NCBI GenBank assembly: GCA_965224025.1
Contig: OZ245033.1
Span: 1,216,001-1,280,000 of the forward strand
Source: Candidatus Multivorans sp.
Lineage (GTDB): Bacteria; Acidobacteriota; Thermoanaerobaculia; Multivoradales; Multivoraceae
Length of the DNA: 64,000 nt
Reading direction: 5' to 3'
Position 1 is the stretch's first letter. Each line of letters opens with the position of its first letter. The translations under genes were made by a program, and so were the position numbers. Of this stretch, positions 29,707-39,385 are shown one piece after another. A model generated the notes under the pieces. That model ran no database searches. It worked only from the letters and a program-made list of their open reading frames with translations, and was not told the origin of the DNA.

Positions 29707-32700
29707 GTGGATACCGTGCCGGTTGAACAGCTACCCGAACCGCCGGACCGCGCCACGCGCGCAGGCGCCCTCCTCGCCGCTCTCGAGCAGCGGATCCTCG
29801 TGCTCGACGGCGCCACCGGCACGGCGTTCCAGGCTGCGAACCTCTCTCCGGCGGACTTCGGCGGCGCCGAACTCGAGGGCTGCAACGAGATCCTGGTCGA
29901 CACACGGCCCGATGTCGTGCTCGACGTCCACCGCTCCTATCTGCGAGCCGGCGCCGACATCGTGGAGACGAACACCTTCGGCGGCACGCCCCTGGTGCTC
30001 GCCGAGTACGGCTTGCAGGAGCGCGCGTTCGAACTGAACCGGGGCGCGGCGGAGCTGGCGCGGCAGGCCTGCGCCGAAACGGAGCGGGAGTGCTTCGTCT
30101 GCGGCTCGATGGGGCCGACGACGAAGGCGATATCGGTCACCGGCGGCGTCACGTTCGAACAACTGCGGGACGACTACTTCACGCAGGCGCTGGGTCTGGC
30201 GGCCGGCGGCGCCGACTACCTGCTGCTCGAGACCTGCCAGGACACGCGCAACGTGAAGGCGGGGCTGATCGGGATCGAGCGGGCGTTCGAGCAACTGGGC
30301 TGGCGTCTGCCGGTGGCGGTCTCGGTGACGATCGAGACGATGGGCACGATGCTCGGAGGTCAGGAGGTGGAGGCGCTGGCGGCCTCCCTGCTGCACCGGG
30401 ACCGCCGGGATCTTCTCTACGTCGGCCTCAATTGCGCCACCGGACCGGACCAGATGTTCGATCACCTTCGGGCACTTTCGGAGATCTGCCGCACGCGGGT
30501 GGCGTGCGTCCCGAACGCCGGGTTGCCCGACGAGGACGGCCTCTATACCCAGACCCCCGACGACTTCCGGGCCGTCTTCTCCCGCTTTCTCGATCACGGC
30601 TGGCTGAACCTGGTCGGCGGCTGCTGCGGCACGACCGCGGCCCACATCGAAGCGTTCAGCGACCTCGTCCGCGGCAGCGCCCCACGACGGCCGCCCGATC
30701 ACGGGCGCTGTCTGGTTTCGGGCCTGGACGCGGCGGAACTGACCGAGGACAACCGGCCGCTCCTGGTGGGCGAGCGCACGAACGTGCTCGGCAGCCGCAA
30801 GTTCAAGCGGCTGATCCGCGAGGGCGAGTACGAGGCGGCGGCCGAGGTCGGTCGCGCACAGGTCAAGAACGGTGCCCAGGTGGTCGACATCTGCCTCCAG
30901 GACCCGGAGCGCGACGAGGTGGACGACATGGAACGGTTCCTGGAGCGTCTGGTGCGCCGGGTCAAGGCGCCGCTCATGATCGACAGCACCGACCACGAGG
31001 TCATGGCCCGGGCGCTCACCTGGTGCCAGGGGCGGTCGATCCTCAACTCGATCAACCTGGAGGACGGGACCGAGCGCTTCGAGCGGGTCGTGCCCCTGGC
31101 CAGGCAGTTCGGCTGCGCCGTGATCGTCGGCCTGATCGACGAGCAGGGCATGGCGGTGTCGACCGACTGCAAGCTGAAGGTCGCGGAGCGCAGCTACGAC
31201 CTCCTGACCTCGCGCTGGGGCCTGGAACCCCAGGACATCTGGTGGGACCCCCTGGTCTTCCCGTGCGGCACCGGCGACGAGGCCTATCTCGGATCGGCGG
31301 CGGCCACGATCGAGGGCGTGCGCAGCGTGCGCGAGGCGTTCCCGGGCACGCGGACGATCCTGGGCATCTCGAACGTGAGCTTCGGCCTGCCGCTCGCGGG
31401 CCGCGAGGTCCTGAACGCGATATTCCTCTACCGCTGCACCCAGGCCGGCCTCGACGCGGCGATCGTCAACACGCAGGGTCTGGCCCGCTACGCCGAGATT
31501 CCGGTCGCCGAACGGGTGCTCGCGGAAGCGCTGCTCGATCTGCGGCCCGGCGACGTGAAGGCGGGGCGGCGCGCGGTCGAGGCGTTCACCGCCGCCTTCC
31601 GGGAGCGCAAGGGGCGGAGCGAACGGGCCCCGCGGGACCTGCTGCCGCTGGCGGAACGGCTTTCCCGGTCGGTGGTCGAGGGCAGCAAGGAGGGTCTCAG
31701 GTCGGACCTGGACGCGGCGCTGGCGGACCCGCGCTGGCCGGACCCGCTCGACATCATCAACGGCCCGCTGATGACCGGGATGGCGGAAGTGGGCCGGCTG
31801 TTCAACGACAACGAACTGATCGTGGCCGAGGTGCTGCAGAGCGCCGAAGTGATGAAGGCGGCCGTCGACCACCTTGAAGCCCACATGGAGCGGATGGAGG
31901 GCATGATCCGCGGCCGGGTCATCCTGGCCACCGTCAAGGGTGACGTCCATGACATCGGCAAGAACCTGGTCGACATCATCCTGACCAACAACGGCTTCCA
32001 GGTGGTGAACCTCGGGATCAAGGTGCCGAGCGAGCAGTTGATCCAGGCCGCGCGCAAGCACCGGCCGGACGTCATCGGGCTCTCGGGGCTCCTGGTCAAG
32101 AGCGCCCAGCAGATGGTCGCCACCGCCGGGGATTTTGCCGCCGCCGGCATCGATACGGACCTCGTCGTGGGAGGAGCGGCGCTGACGCGGCGGTTCACGC
32201 ACGGACGGATCGCGCCGGAGTACGGCGGCGTCTGCACCTACGCCAGCGACGCGATGAGCGGGCTCGACCTGATCGAACGTCTGTGCGACGGAGGTCGAAG
32301 GGGGGCTCTGCTGGAGGAAGTCGAGTCGCTGCGCGAGCGCGACGCGGCCGCGTTCCGGGCCCGGTCCAGGAAGAGGGCGGCGCCGCGGGGAGAGCGGCGC
32401 AGCTCCACCGTCCGCACGGATATCCCGGCACCAGGGCCGCCAACCCTCGATCGCCGCACCGCTCGCTTCGACCTCGACGACGTGTGGCCGCACCTGAACC
32501 TGCAGATGCTCTACGCCAAGCACCTCGGCCTCAAGGGCTCCGTGGAACGGCTTAGCCAGGCCGGCGATCCGAAGCTGCGGAAGCTCGAGGCCGTGGTCGA
32601 GGAACTCAAGGACTTAGCTCGCGGCGAGATGGCCGCGCGTGGGGCGTGGCGGTTCTTCCCGGCCGGGGCTGCGGGCAATCGGCTGGTCCTGCTCGAACCG

Positions 32701-33207
32701 GGCGGCGGCGGCGCCGGGAAGGTCGCGGCCGAGTGGCGCCTGCCCCGCCAGGCACGCGAGGACGGCCTCTGCCTCGCCGACTACGTGCTGCCGGCCGGCG
32801 ATCACGTGGCGCTGTTCGTCGTCACCGCCGGCGCCGGCGTGCGTGACGCGGCCGAGCGCTTCAAGGGGGAAGGCGAGTACCTCAGGAGCCACGCCTACGC
32901 GGCGCTTGCCCTCGAGACGGCCGAAGCCGCGGCCGAGCTGCTGCACCAGCGACTCCGCTCCGATCTCGGCTTCCCCGACCCGCCGGAGATGACGACCCGC
33001 GAACGTCTGGCCGCGAAGTACCGCGGCAAGCGCTACTCCTTCGGCTACCCCGCCTGCCCCGACCTTGCGGGCCAGCGTCAGCTCTTCGCGGCGCTAGAGC
33101 CCGCCGACATCGGGGTCGAGCTCACCGAGGGCGACATGATGGACCCGGAGGCCACCGTGTCGGCGCTGGTGTTCCACCACCCGGACGCCCGCTACTTCGG
33201 GGTGTGA
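29707..33207 (+). CDS. metH: Cobalamin-dependent methionine synthase
   Basis: LDGATGT, GGCCGT, GERTN, B12-binding TVKGDVHDIGKN, GYPACPD. Confidence 0.96.
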   Translation: MDTVPVEQLPEPPDRATRAGALLAALEQRILVLDGATGTAFQAANLSPADFGGAELEGCNEILVDTRPDVVLDVHRSYLRAGADIVETNTFGGTPLVLAEYGLQERAFELNRGAAELARQACAETERECFVCGSMGPTTKAISVTGGVTFEQLRDDYFTQALGLAAGGADYLLLETCQDTRNVKAGLIGIERAFEQLGWRLPVAVSVTIETMGTMLGGQEVEALAASLLHRDRRDLLYVGLNCATGPDQMFDHLRALSEICRTRVACVPNAGLPDEDGLYTQTPDDFRAVFSRFLDHGWLNLVGGCCGTTAAHIEAFSDLVRGSAPRRPPDHGRCLVSGLDAAELTEDNRPLLVGERTNVLGSRKFKRLIREGEYEAAAEVGRAQVKNGAQVVDICLQDPERDEVDDMERFLERLVRRVKAPLMIDSTDHEVMARALTWCQGRSILNSINLEDGTERFERVVPLARQFGCAVIVGLIDEQGMAVSTDCKLKVAERSYDLLTSRWGLEPQDIWWDPLVFPCGTGDEAYLGSAAATIEGVRSVREAFPGTRTILGISNVSFGLPLAGREVLNAIFLYRCTQAGLDAAIVNTQGLARYAEIPVAERVLAEALLDLRPGDVKAGRRAVEAFTAAFRERKGRSERAPRDLLPLAERLSRSVVEGSKEGLRSDLDAALADPRWPDPLDIINGPLMTGMAEVGRLFNDNELIVAEVLQSAEVMKAAVDHLEAHMERMEGMIRGRVILATVKGDVHDIGKNLVDIILTNNGFQVVNLGIKVPSEQLIQAARKHRPDVIGLSGLLVKSAQQMVATAGDFAAAGIDTDLVVGGAALTRRFTHGRIAPEYGGVCTYASDAMSGLDLIERLCDGGRRGALLEEVESLRERDAAAFRARSRKRAAPRGERRSSTVRTDIPAPGPPTLDRRTARFDLDDVWPHLNLQMLYAKHLGLKGSVERLSQAGDPKLRKLEAVVEELKDLARGEMAARGAWRFFPAGAAGNRLVLLEPGGGGAGKVAAEWRLPRQAREDGLCLADYVLPAGDHVALFVVTAGAGVRDAAERFKGEGEYLRSHAYAALALETAEAAAELLHQRLRSDLGFPDPPEMTTRERLAAKYRGKRYSFGYPACPDLAGQRQLFAALEPADIGVELTEGDMMDPEATVSALVFHHPDARYFGV

Positions 33208-33465
33208 GGTAGCGGCCGCGGCCCCCGGCGGGGCCTAAGGTGCGGGTGAGGCGACTCGCTACCGAGACGCTTCGCCGAGACTGGAACTCCACTACCTAGC
33301 CCGGGGCCTGCGGGCCGTAGCGAGTCGTTACGAAGCGTAGGAGGATCCGGCGTCCGCGTCCGCGTCAAGCGGTTCGCCTCGGACCGGTTCGTCGAGGCAA
33401 CTTGACAAGTTCGCTCGGGAGCCTCCGTGGTCCCAGCTTCCACTACCTAGCTTGGAGGCTAGACC

Positions 33466-34377
33466 ATGCGGGCACTCTCCAAGGGGGGCCGCTTCGCCGC
33501 TGCCGGGCGCGGCCCCATTGTCTCCCTCCCGTACCGTGCTGCGGCGCGGCCTTGGATCCTGGCGCACTGCGGTGCTGCTCCGGCTGTGTTCGGCGGGCTC
33601 GGCTCGTCGGCCGAGGCGCAGAGTTGTACGCCTCCGGCGTTCTGGAATCCGTTCAATCCTGCCGGCGGACGCTGCGAAGTCCACCTGTGCGCCGACGGCT
33701 ACACGCAGAGCGGCAACCTCTGCTACCTGAACGGGACGTTTGCGGCCTATGCGGCCTCGTGTCCGGTTGGTTGGGGGGTCAGGAGTGTCGTGTACAACGG
33801 CAACTACCACAGCATGCGCTGCGTCGATCCATCGGACGCTGAACCGCCATCGCCGCCGCCGACACCAGCGCTCTCCGTGCCGGGCATTCCCAACTTCAGG
33901 CTGCCGTCCGCGGGCGTCGTCAACACGGTGTTTCCCGCCGCGACGGGAGGCACGCCGCCGACGCCCCCGCCGACGACGCCTCCGCCTCCGCCACCCCCGG
34001 TGCCGCGGACTCCCGGCAGAGAGGACCATAGTGGCGTCGACATTCAAGGGAACGACGGCGACCCCGTGTACGCTTGGCGGGGAGGCAGGGTAGGCTTGGT
34101 TTCCAACCCATACTGTGGCAATGGGGTGGACCTACACCACAGCGACGGCACCGAGACTCGCTACTGCCACTTCAACGCTCCGTCTTCGCTCCCTGGGCAC
34201 GACAACCGCGTGCGTGCGGGGTCTCTCATCGGTAACGTAGGCAGATCGGGCAGGGCGACAGGGTTTCATGTACATGTGACCCACACCTTGGCGAGCGGTA
34301 CGAAGATCGAGTATTTCTCGGCTCTTCCAGCCAGTGGACGGCCGACAGCAGAGCAACTCGACGAGAATGGATGCTGA
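33466..34377 (+). CDS. Secreted M23 metallopeptidase (cassette A): Cys-rich domain, Pro linkers, partial Ig-like stub, M23 tip
   Basis: GGAGG RBS; AEA-Q cleavage-like site; HSGVD (HxxxD), YCH, HVH (HxH). Confidence 0.8.
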   Translation: MRALSKGGRFAAAGRGPIVSLPYRAAARPWILAHCGAAPAVFGGLGSSAEAQSCTPPAFWNPFNPAGGRCEVHLCADGYTQSGNLCYLNGTFAAYAASCPVGWGVRSVVYNGNYHSMRCVDPSDAEPPSPPPTPALSVPGIPNFRLPSAGVVNTVFPAATGGTPPTPPPTTPPPPPPPVPRTPGREDHSGVDIQGNDGDPVYAWRGGRVGLVSNPYCGNGVDLHHSDGTETRYCHFNAPSSLPGHDNRVRAGSLIGNVGRSGRATGFHVHVTHTLASGTKIEYFSALPASGRPTAEQLDENGC

Positions 34378-35585
34378 CGATGAGAACCGTAATCTTCGCT
34401 GCTCTTCTGACGCTGACGGCCTGGGCGGCTCGTGCGACCGATGAAGGCGCCTTGCTGCCTCAGGGCAACCTCCTCGGTTTCGGCTGCTGCCTCATCACCG
34501 ACTCGGGACACGCGGTTGTCGGCCTCGACTTTCCTGACGTTCGCGGCCGGATGTCCGTCATGATTTGGAAGGGCGGAGAGCCCCGAACACAGACGCTCGA
34601 TCTTGGAGGAAAATGGCTGGCGCTACTTCCCGATGATCGTGTTCTGATGTACGGCTACAAGCTCGTCGACGGCGTCGATCCCCATGCGGACTCGTACACA
34701 CATGGCGACGCGTTCTTCGTCCATCAGGTCTATCGGATCAGGGGATCGGGGCTCCAGCTCGAGCAGGAGTTCCTCGAGCGTACGGACGTCGAGATGGGTT
34801 ACACCAGAATCGCGGGCGATCTCAAGACCTGGGTGAGAATGGAGAACCTCCACCGGGAAGCTCCGAACGGGCATATGGTCTATGGAAGACACTTCGCCAT
34901 CGGGACGACCAAGTCGGGGAAGACGCGGCGTTCGGAGGCATTGGAACTCTATCCGGCCACTCTACGTGACGACGACATAACGGCCTTCGAGATCGTGGAT
35001 TCGGACGGGCCGATCCTGCTCGCGTCCTACGCGGCCGACCTCTTCCTGATCCGATTTCGCGACTACGGAGTGGATTCGCGGCCGGTCGACCTCTTGCGGC
35101 ATGTCGTACATCCACGCGGCGGCGAGTTGGATGTTGTGTGGCAGTCCGAGGACCGTGTGCTGTGGGCGCGGAAGGGAGACGAGTGGCTGGCCTACGACCT
35201 GTGGAATGTCCGATACGAGCTTGCCGTTCCGGAGGTGCCGTTCCTTCGGCGGTCCGCCCATGGCTCGCCGCACCCGATTCGGGGCTTCGTCGAGATAGAG
35301 AGGGACGGGAGCCGGTTTCGCGTGAGGCACTCGTGGCAAAGTCCGCAGTTTGAGAACTGGCGGGAGGAACATGTTTCGGAACGGCGGAGTGGCCCGCTGC
35401 CGGTAGCGGTGAGCCCTAACGGCCGTCGTGCGTTGGTGCTGGAGCGCCGGAGTACCGAACAAGGCGAAGCCGTCACTTATGCGAGCAGGTTTGGATTGGA
35501 CCTCGCGCCGGTCGTTCCGCCCGTCCCAGCCGCTGCAGGCGAGGCGGACGGGAAGAAGGAAGCGCAACCGCAAGCAGAGCACTGA
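34371..35585 (+). CDS. Exported partner protein of cassette A, function unknown (possibly beta-propeller-like)
   Basis: Signal peptide; overlaps the M23 stop; homologous to 60754-61983 (WQSEDRVLWA, AYDLW, VSPNGR, VTY..GLDL). Confidence 0.8.
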   Translation: MLTMRTVIFAALLTLTAWAARATDEGALLPQGNLLGFGCCLITDSGHAVVGLDFPDVRGRMSVMIWKGGEPRTQTLDLGGKWLALLPDDRVLMYGYKLVDGVDPHADSYTHGDAFFVHQVYRIRGSGLQLEQEFLERTDVEMGYTRIAGDLKTWVRMENLHREAPNGHMVYGRHFAIGTTKSGKTRRSEALELYPATLRDDDITAFEIVDSDGPILLASYAADLFLIRFRDYGVDSRPVDLLRHVVHPRGGELDVVWQSEDRVLWARKGDEWLAYDLWNVRYELAVPEVPFLRRSAHGSPHPIRGFVEIERDGSRFRVRHSWQSPQFENWREEHVSERRSGPLPVAVSPNGRRALVLERRSTEQGEAVTYASRFGLDLAPVVPPVPAAAGEADGKKEAQPQAEH

Positions 35586-35593
35586 ACGCCTGG

Positions 35594-35760
35594 CTATCGC
35601 GACCCAGATAGCGCCGCCGCCTTCTCTTGCCGTTTCTCCCGCTTCGCCCTGACCAGTGCCGCCGCCCGATCCAGGTGATCGTCGCCAAGGCGGCCGAGGT
35701 ACTCGTCGTAGCTGCCGGCGAAGTCGTTGACGCCATCTCTCGAGATCTCGATGATCCGGG
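35594..35760 (-). pseudogene. Displaced duplicate of the ABC-F gene 3' end
   Basis: Encodes RIIEISRDGVNDFAGSYDEYLGRLGDDHLDRAAALVRAKREK, matching 36599-36756. Confidence 0.85.
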
Positions 35761-35834
35761 GAGCGTCGGTGCGCCGGAGAGTGGAGCGGAAGGCCGGCCA
35801 CGAACCCAGCCCGTCTTCGTAGGCGCAACGGCCC

Positions 35835-35852
35835 CAACTTGACAACTTGACA
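35835..35852 (+). promoter_or_regulatory. Putative TA promoter/operator
   Basis: CAACTTGA tandem direct repeat containing TTGACA, upstream of the antitoxin. Confidence 0.5.
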
Positions 35853-35873
35853 TGTTGGCTGCAGAGTCGGTCC

Positions 35874-36113
35874 ATGAGAGCGCTTCCGGTAGCCGAGTTG
35901 AAGGCCGGGTTCTCGCAGATCCTCGCCGACGTGCGCCGGGGCGAGCGCATCGGCGTCCTGTACGGGAGGTCGAAGACGCCGGTCGCCATGATCGTTCCGT
36001 ACGAACCGGCGCCTGCAGGCAAGCGCGAGCTCGGCTTCCTCGACGGCGAGGTCACGATCGAGTTCACCGATGACTTCGAGATGACCGAAGAGGAATTCCT
36101 CGGCGGCGCGTGA
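35874..36113 (+). CDS. Phd/YefM-type antitoxin
   Basis: VAELKAGFSQILADVRRGE...PVAMIVPY; acidic C-terminus. Confidence 0.85.
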   Translation: MRALPVAELKAGFSQILADVRRGERIGVLYGRSKTPVAMIVPYEPAPAGKRELGFLDGEVTIEFTDDFEMTEEEFLGGA

Positions 36114-36511
36114 CGTACCTGCTGGACACCCATGTCCTGCTGTGGGCCATCGGCAGATCGACCAGGCTGTCCGCTCCCGCTCGCGAGATCATCGAGGACC
36201 CGCGCAACCGGATACTGGTGAGCACCGTGTCCCTGTGGGAGGCATCGCTGAAGTACGGGTTGGGGAAGCTGAAGCTCGATCCGCTGGTTCCGGACGATAT
36301 TCCCGACCACTGCCGCCGGCTCGGTTTCGAGATCCTCCCGCTGGAAAGCGGCGACGCGGCGAGCTACCACGTCCTGCCTCGGGTGGACGCGCATCGCGAT
36401 CCGTTCGACCAAATGCTCGTTCACCAGTGCATTCGAGGCAACCTGATTCTGGTCAGCCGCGATGGGCGGATGAAGAGCTATCGACCACACGGGTTGCGGC
36501 GTGTCTGGTAG
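36110..36511 (+). CDS. vapC: VapC/PIN type II toxin
   Basis: LLDTHVLLW, SLWE, HRDPFDQML, LVSRD; GTGA overlap with the antitoxin. Confidence 0.9.
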   Translation: MTYLLDTHVLLWAIGRSTRLSAPAREIIEDPRNRILVSTVSLWEASLKYGLGKLKLDPLVPDDIPDHCRRLGFEILPLESGDAASYHVLPRVDAHRDPFDQMLVHQCIRGNLILVSRDGRMKSYRPHGLRRVW

Positions 36512-36598
36512 GGCGTGGCGCGGGGAGGGAGCGCCAGGCTTCGACACGACCCGGTAGTTGGCCGCGGAGCCGGTTCCGTGCTTTGCCGGCTCGGTTGG

Positions 36599-38272
36599 CT
36601 ACCCCCGCGCCGCGGCCTTCTTCTCCTTCTTCTCCCGCTTCGCACGCACGAGGGCAGCGGCCCGATCCAGGTGATCGTCGCCCAGGCGGTCCAGGTACTC
36701 GTCGTAGCTGCCGACGAAATCGTTCACGCCTTCGCTCGAGATCTCGATGATCCGGGTGGCGAGCCGGCTCACGAACCAGCGGTCGTGGGAGACCAGGAGC
36801 AGGGTGCCCGGGTAGTCGAGGAGGCCGTCGATCAGGGCCTGGATGGCCTCCAGGTCGAGGTGGTTGGTCGGCTCGTCCAGGACCAGGACGTTGGGCTTGA
36901 GGACGACATGGCGGCAGAACAGGAGGCGCGCCGCCTCGCCGCCGGAGAGGCTGCCGATTCGCTTGGCCGCCTCGTCCTTGGAGAACAGGACGGCGCCGAG
37001 CTGGCCGCGCACAAAGCCGACCGGCTCGCCCGGGCAGCAGTCCCAGAGCCAGCTCTCGACCGTCTTCCGCTCGGCGCCCTCTCTGTCGAGCAACTGCTGT
37101 CGGTGGTCCTGGGCGAAGTAGCCGGGGTGGGTCTCGTAGCCCCAGTCGATCTCGCCGCGGTCGGCGCCGACCTCGCCGATCGCGATCTTGAGCAGGGTCG
37201 ACTTGCCGATGCCGTTCGGCCCGATGATCGCGATCCGCTCGCCGCGGCCGATCTCGAGCGACACGTCGTCGAGGACCTCGTTGTCGCCGTAGCTCTTGGA
37301 GACGCCTTCGAGCGTCAGCACCCGCTTGCCGGATGGCCGGCGCGACTGGAAGCGGAACAGCGGGTAGCGGCGCGACGTCCGGGGCAGGGGCTCGATCGAG
37401 ATTCGGTTGATCAGCTTCACCCGGCTCTGGGCCTGCCGCGCCTTGCTGGCCTTGTAGCGGAAGCGGTCGACGAACTTCTGGTGGTGGTCGATCTCCTGCT
37501 GCCGCTGCGAGATCTCCGCTTCGCGGCGCGCCCGTTCCTCGACCTTCTTGCGCTCGAAGTTGGAGTACGAGCCCGGGTAGGCGGTGAAGGCTTCGTAGTC
37601 GATGTCGAGAATCTGGGTGCAGACGTTGTCGAGAAACCGGTGGTCATGGGAGACGACGACTACGACGCCCTTGAACTCGGACAGGAACTTCTCGAGCCAG
37701 CGGATCGAGAGGATGTCCAGGTGGTTCGTCGGCTCGTCGAGCAGCAGCGCGTCGGGGTACGCGGCCAGGGTCTGCGCCAGCAGCACGCGGAGCTTGAAGC
37801 CGCCGGAGAGGATCGACAGCGGCTCGCGGTGGACCTCCGTTTCTATCCCCAGCCCCTCCAGGATCTCGGCCGCCCGGGACTCCAGCGAGTAGCCGTCCCA
37901 GCGCATGACGACTTCCTCCAGCGCGGCGTAGCGGTCGCCGTCGAAGTGCTCGTCGGCCCGCTCCAGCAGCCGGTCCTTCTCGACCATCGCCTGCCACAGC
38001 TCGGCGTTGCCCATCATCACGACATCGAGGATCGAATCCTGTTCGTACTCGAAGTGGTCCTGCTTCAGCACCCCCAGCCGGCAGCGCTTCGGTACCGAGA
38101 TGGCGCCTTCGCTGGGCGGCTCGTCGCCTGACAGCATGCGCAGGAGCGTCGACTTTCCAGAGCCGTTGGAGCCGACGAGGCCGTAGCGCTCGCCTTTGGC
38201 GAAACGGATGCTCGCGCCCGCGAACAGGGTCTGTTCGCCGAAGCTCTTGCCGAGGTTGGAGATCGAGATCAT
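36599..38272 (-). CDS. ABC-F family ATPase (YbiT-like)
   Basis: Two ABC cassettes (GSNGSGKST/LSGG/LLDEPTNHLD; GPNGIGKST/LSGGE/VLDEPTNHLD), no TM segments. Confidence 0.93.
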   Translation of the reverse strand: MISISNLGKSFGEQTLFAGASIRFAKGERYGLVGSNGSGKSTLLRMLSGDEPPSEGAISVPKRCRLGVLKQDHFEYEQDSILDVVMMGNAELWQAMVEKDRLLERADEHFDGDRYAALEEVVMRWDGYSLESRAAEILEGLGIETEVHREPLSILSGGFKLRVLLAQTLAAYPDALLLDEPTNHLDILSIRWLEKFLSEFKGVVVVVSHDHRFLDNVCTQILDIDYEAFTAYPGSYSNFERKKVEERARREAEISQRQQEIDHHQKFVDRFRYKASKARQAQSRVKLINRISIEPLPRTSRRYPLFRFQSRRPSGKRVLTLEGVSKSYGDNEVLDDVSLEIGRGERIAIIGPNGIGKSTLLKIAIGEVGADRGEIDWGYETHPGYFAQDHRQQLLDREGAERKTVESWLWDCCPGEPVGFVRGQLGAVLFSKDEAAKRIGSLSGGEAARLLFCRHVVLKPNVLVLDEPTNHLDLEAIQALIDGLLDYPGTLLLVSHDRWFVSRLATRIIEISSEGVNDFVGSYDEYLDRLGDDHLDRAAALVRAKREKKEKKAAARG

Positions 38273-38419
38273 CGGGTGGTCATCGGGTAGTCTGCTCAGC
38301 TGGAATGCGGCGTTTCGTCGGCGGGTTTCACCAGCGCGTGCGAGGCGACGGGTGGGGCCGCATGCGGAGCAGGGATCAGGATAGCAACGGGATGGATCAC
38401 GGACTGATGACGGCGAACC

Positions 38420-39385
38420 ATGCTGGGTAAGGCCCGCAGAAAGACCCGCGCGGCGGCCCCGGGCGACCGCTCCGAGCTGGCGCTGAGCGTGGTGGGATGG
38501 GCCGGCGGCGCCTTTCTGGGCGCGGTGCTGGTGTTCGGCGCCGCGGTCAAGGCGCTCGACCCCCAAGGCTTCGTGAGCCAGATCGAGATCGAGGGTCTGG
38601 ACTTCCTGCTGCCGGCGGCGGTGGTGACCGTGATCGCTCTGGCGCTTGAGGTCGGGCTCGGCGGCGCCCTGATCCTCGGCCTGCGCCGGATCTGGGTGCT
38701 GGGGCCCTCGGCGCTCCTGGTCGCGTTCTTCCTGTTCCTCACCGGCCGTACCTACTTCCGCGATCTGCGCGGTATCGCCGCCCCTGAGGAGGCCGGCTGC
38801 GGCTGCTTCGGCAACCTGGTCGAACGCACGCCGGCGGAGGCGTTCTGGCAGGACCTCGCGCTCATGGTGCCGGCACTGGCGCTGGCCTTCCTGGGCCGGC
38901 GCGCGGCTTCCGGCCTGCCGTGGATCCGGCTCGCCATGGTCGGCACGTTGACCGTGGGCCTGCTGGCCTTCGCCCGCGCGGCGCCCGACCTGCCGCTCGA
39001 CGACCTGGCGACGCGGCTCAAGCCGGGTCTTGCGATCGACCAGATATGCAGCGGCGAGGGCGACAGCCGGCTCTGCCTTTCGACCGTCGTGCCCGAACTC
39101 GAGGAGGGCGAGCAGTGGCTGGTGATCGCCGACCTCGACGAGGACCTCGGCAAGGCCGTCGACGGCCTGAACCAGCACGTCTTCGCGGGCGGCCGGATGT
39201 GGGTACTCAGCTCGGCGACCCCGGACGAGAACCGGACGTTCTTCTGGTCCTACGGCCCGGCCTTCGAGATCCGCGAGGCGCCGCCGACGTTCCTGAGTCC
39301 GCTGTACCGGGCGCTGCCGCGTTCGTTCCGGGTCAAGGATGGGGTGGTGGTCGAGACGGTGTCGGGGTTGCCGCCGGCGCCGTAG
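38420..39385 (+). CDS. MauE/DoxX-family membrane protein
   Basis: AVKALDP, CGCFG motif, soluble C-terminal domain. Confidence 0.8.
   Translation: MLGKARRKTRAAAPGDRSELALSVVGWAGGAFLGAVLVFGAAVKALDPQGFVSQIEIEGLDFLLPAAVVTVIALALEVGLGGALILGLRRIWVLGPSALLVAFFLFLTGRTYFRDLRGIAAPEEAGCGCFGNLVERTPAEAFWQDLALMVPALALAFLGRRAASGLPWIRLAMVGTLTVGLLAFARAAPDLPLDDLATRLKPGLAIDQICSGEGDSRLCLSTVVPELEEGEQWLVIADLDEDLGKAVDGLNQHVFAGGRMWVLSSATPDENRTFFWSYGPAFEIREAPPTFLSPLYRALPRSFRVKDGVVVETVSGLPPAP

Noticed and set aside
29731-32523. Long antisense ORFs (also 53082-55886, 4552-6300, 25425-27323 and others)
   Set aside because: Typical shadow ORFs of high-GC coding strands, with no recognisable motifs
36599-39178. 859-aa extended ABC-F ORF
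   Set aside because: The N-terminal ~300 aa are antisense to the MauE/DoxX gene; the likely start is 38272
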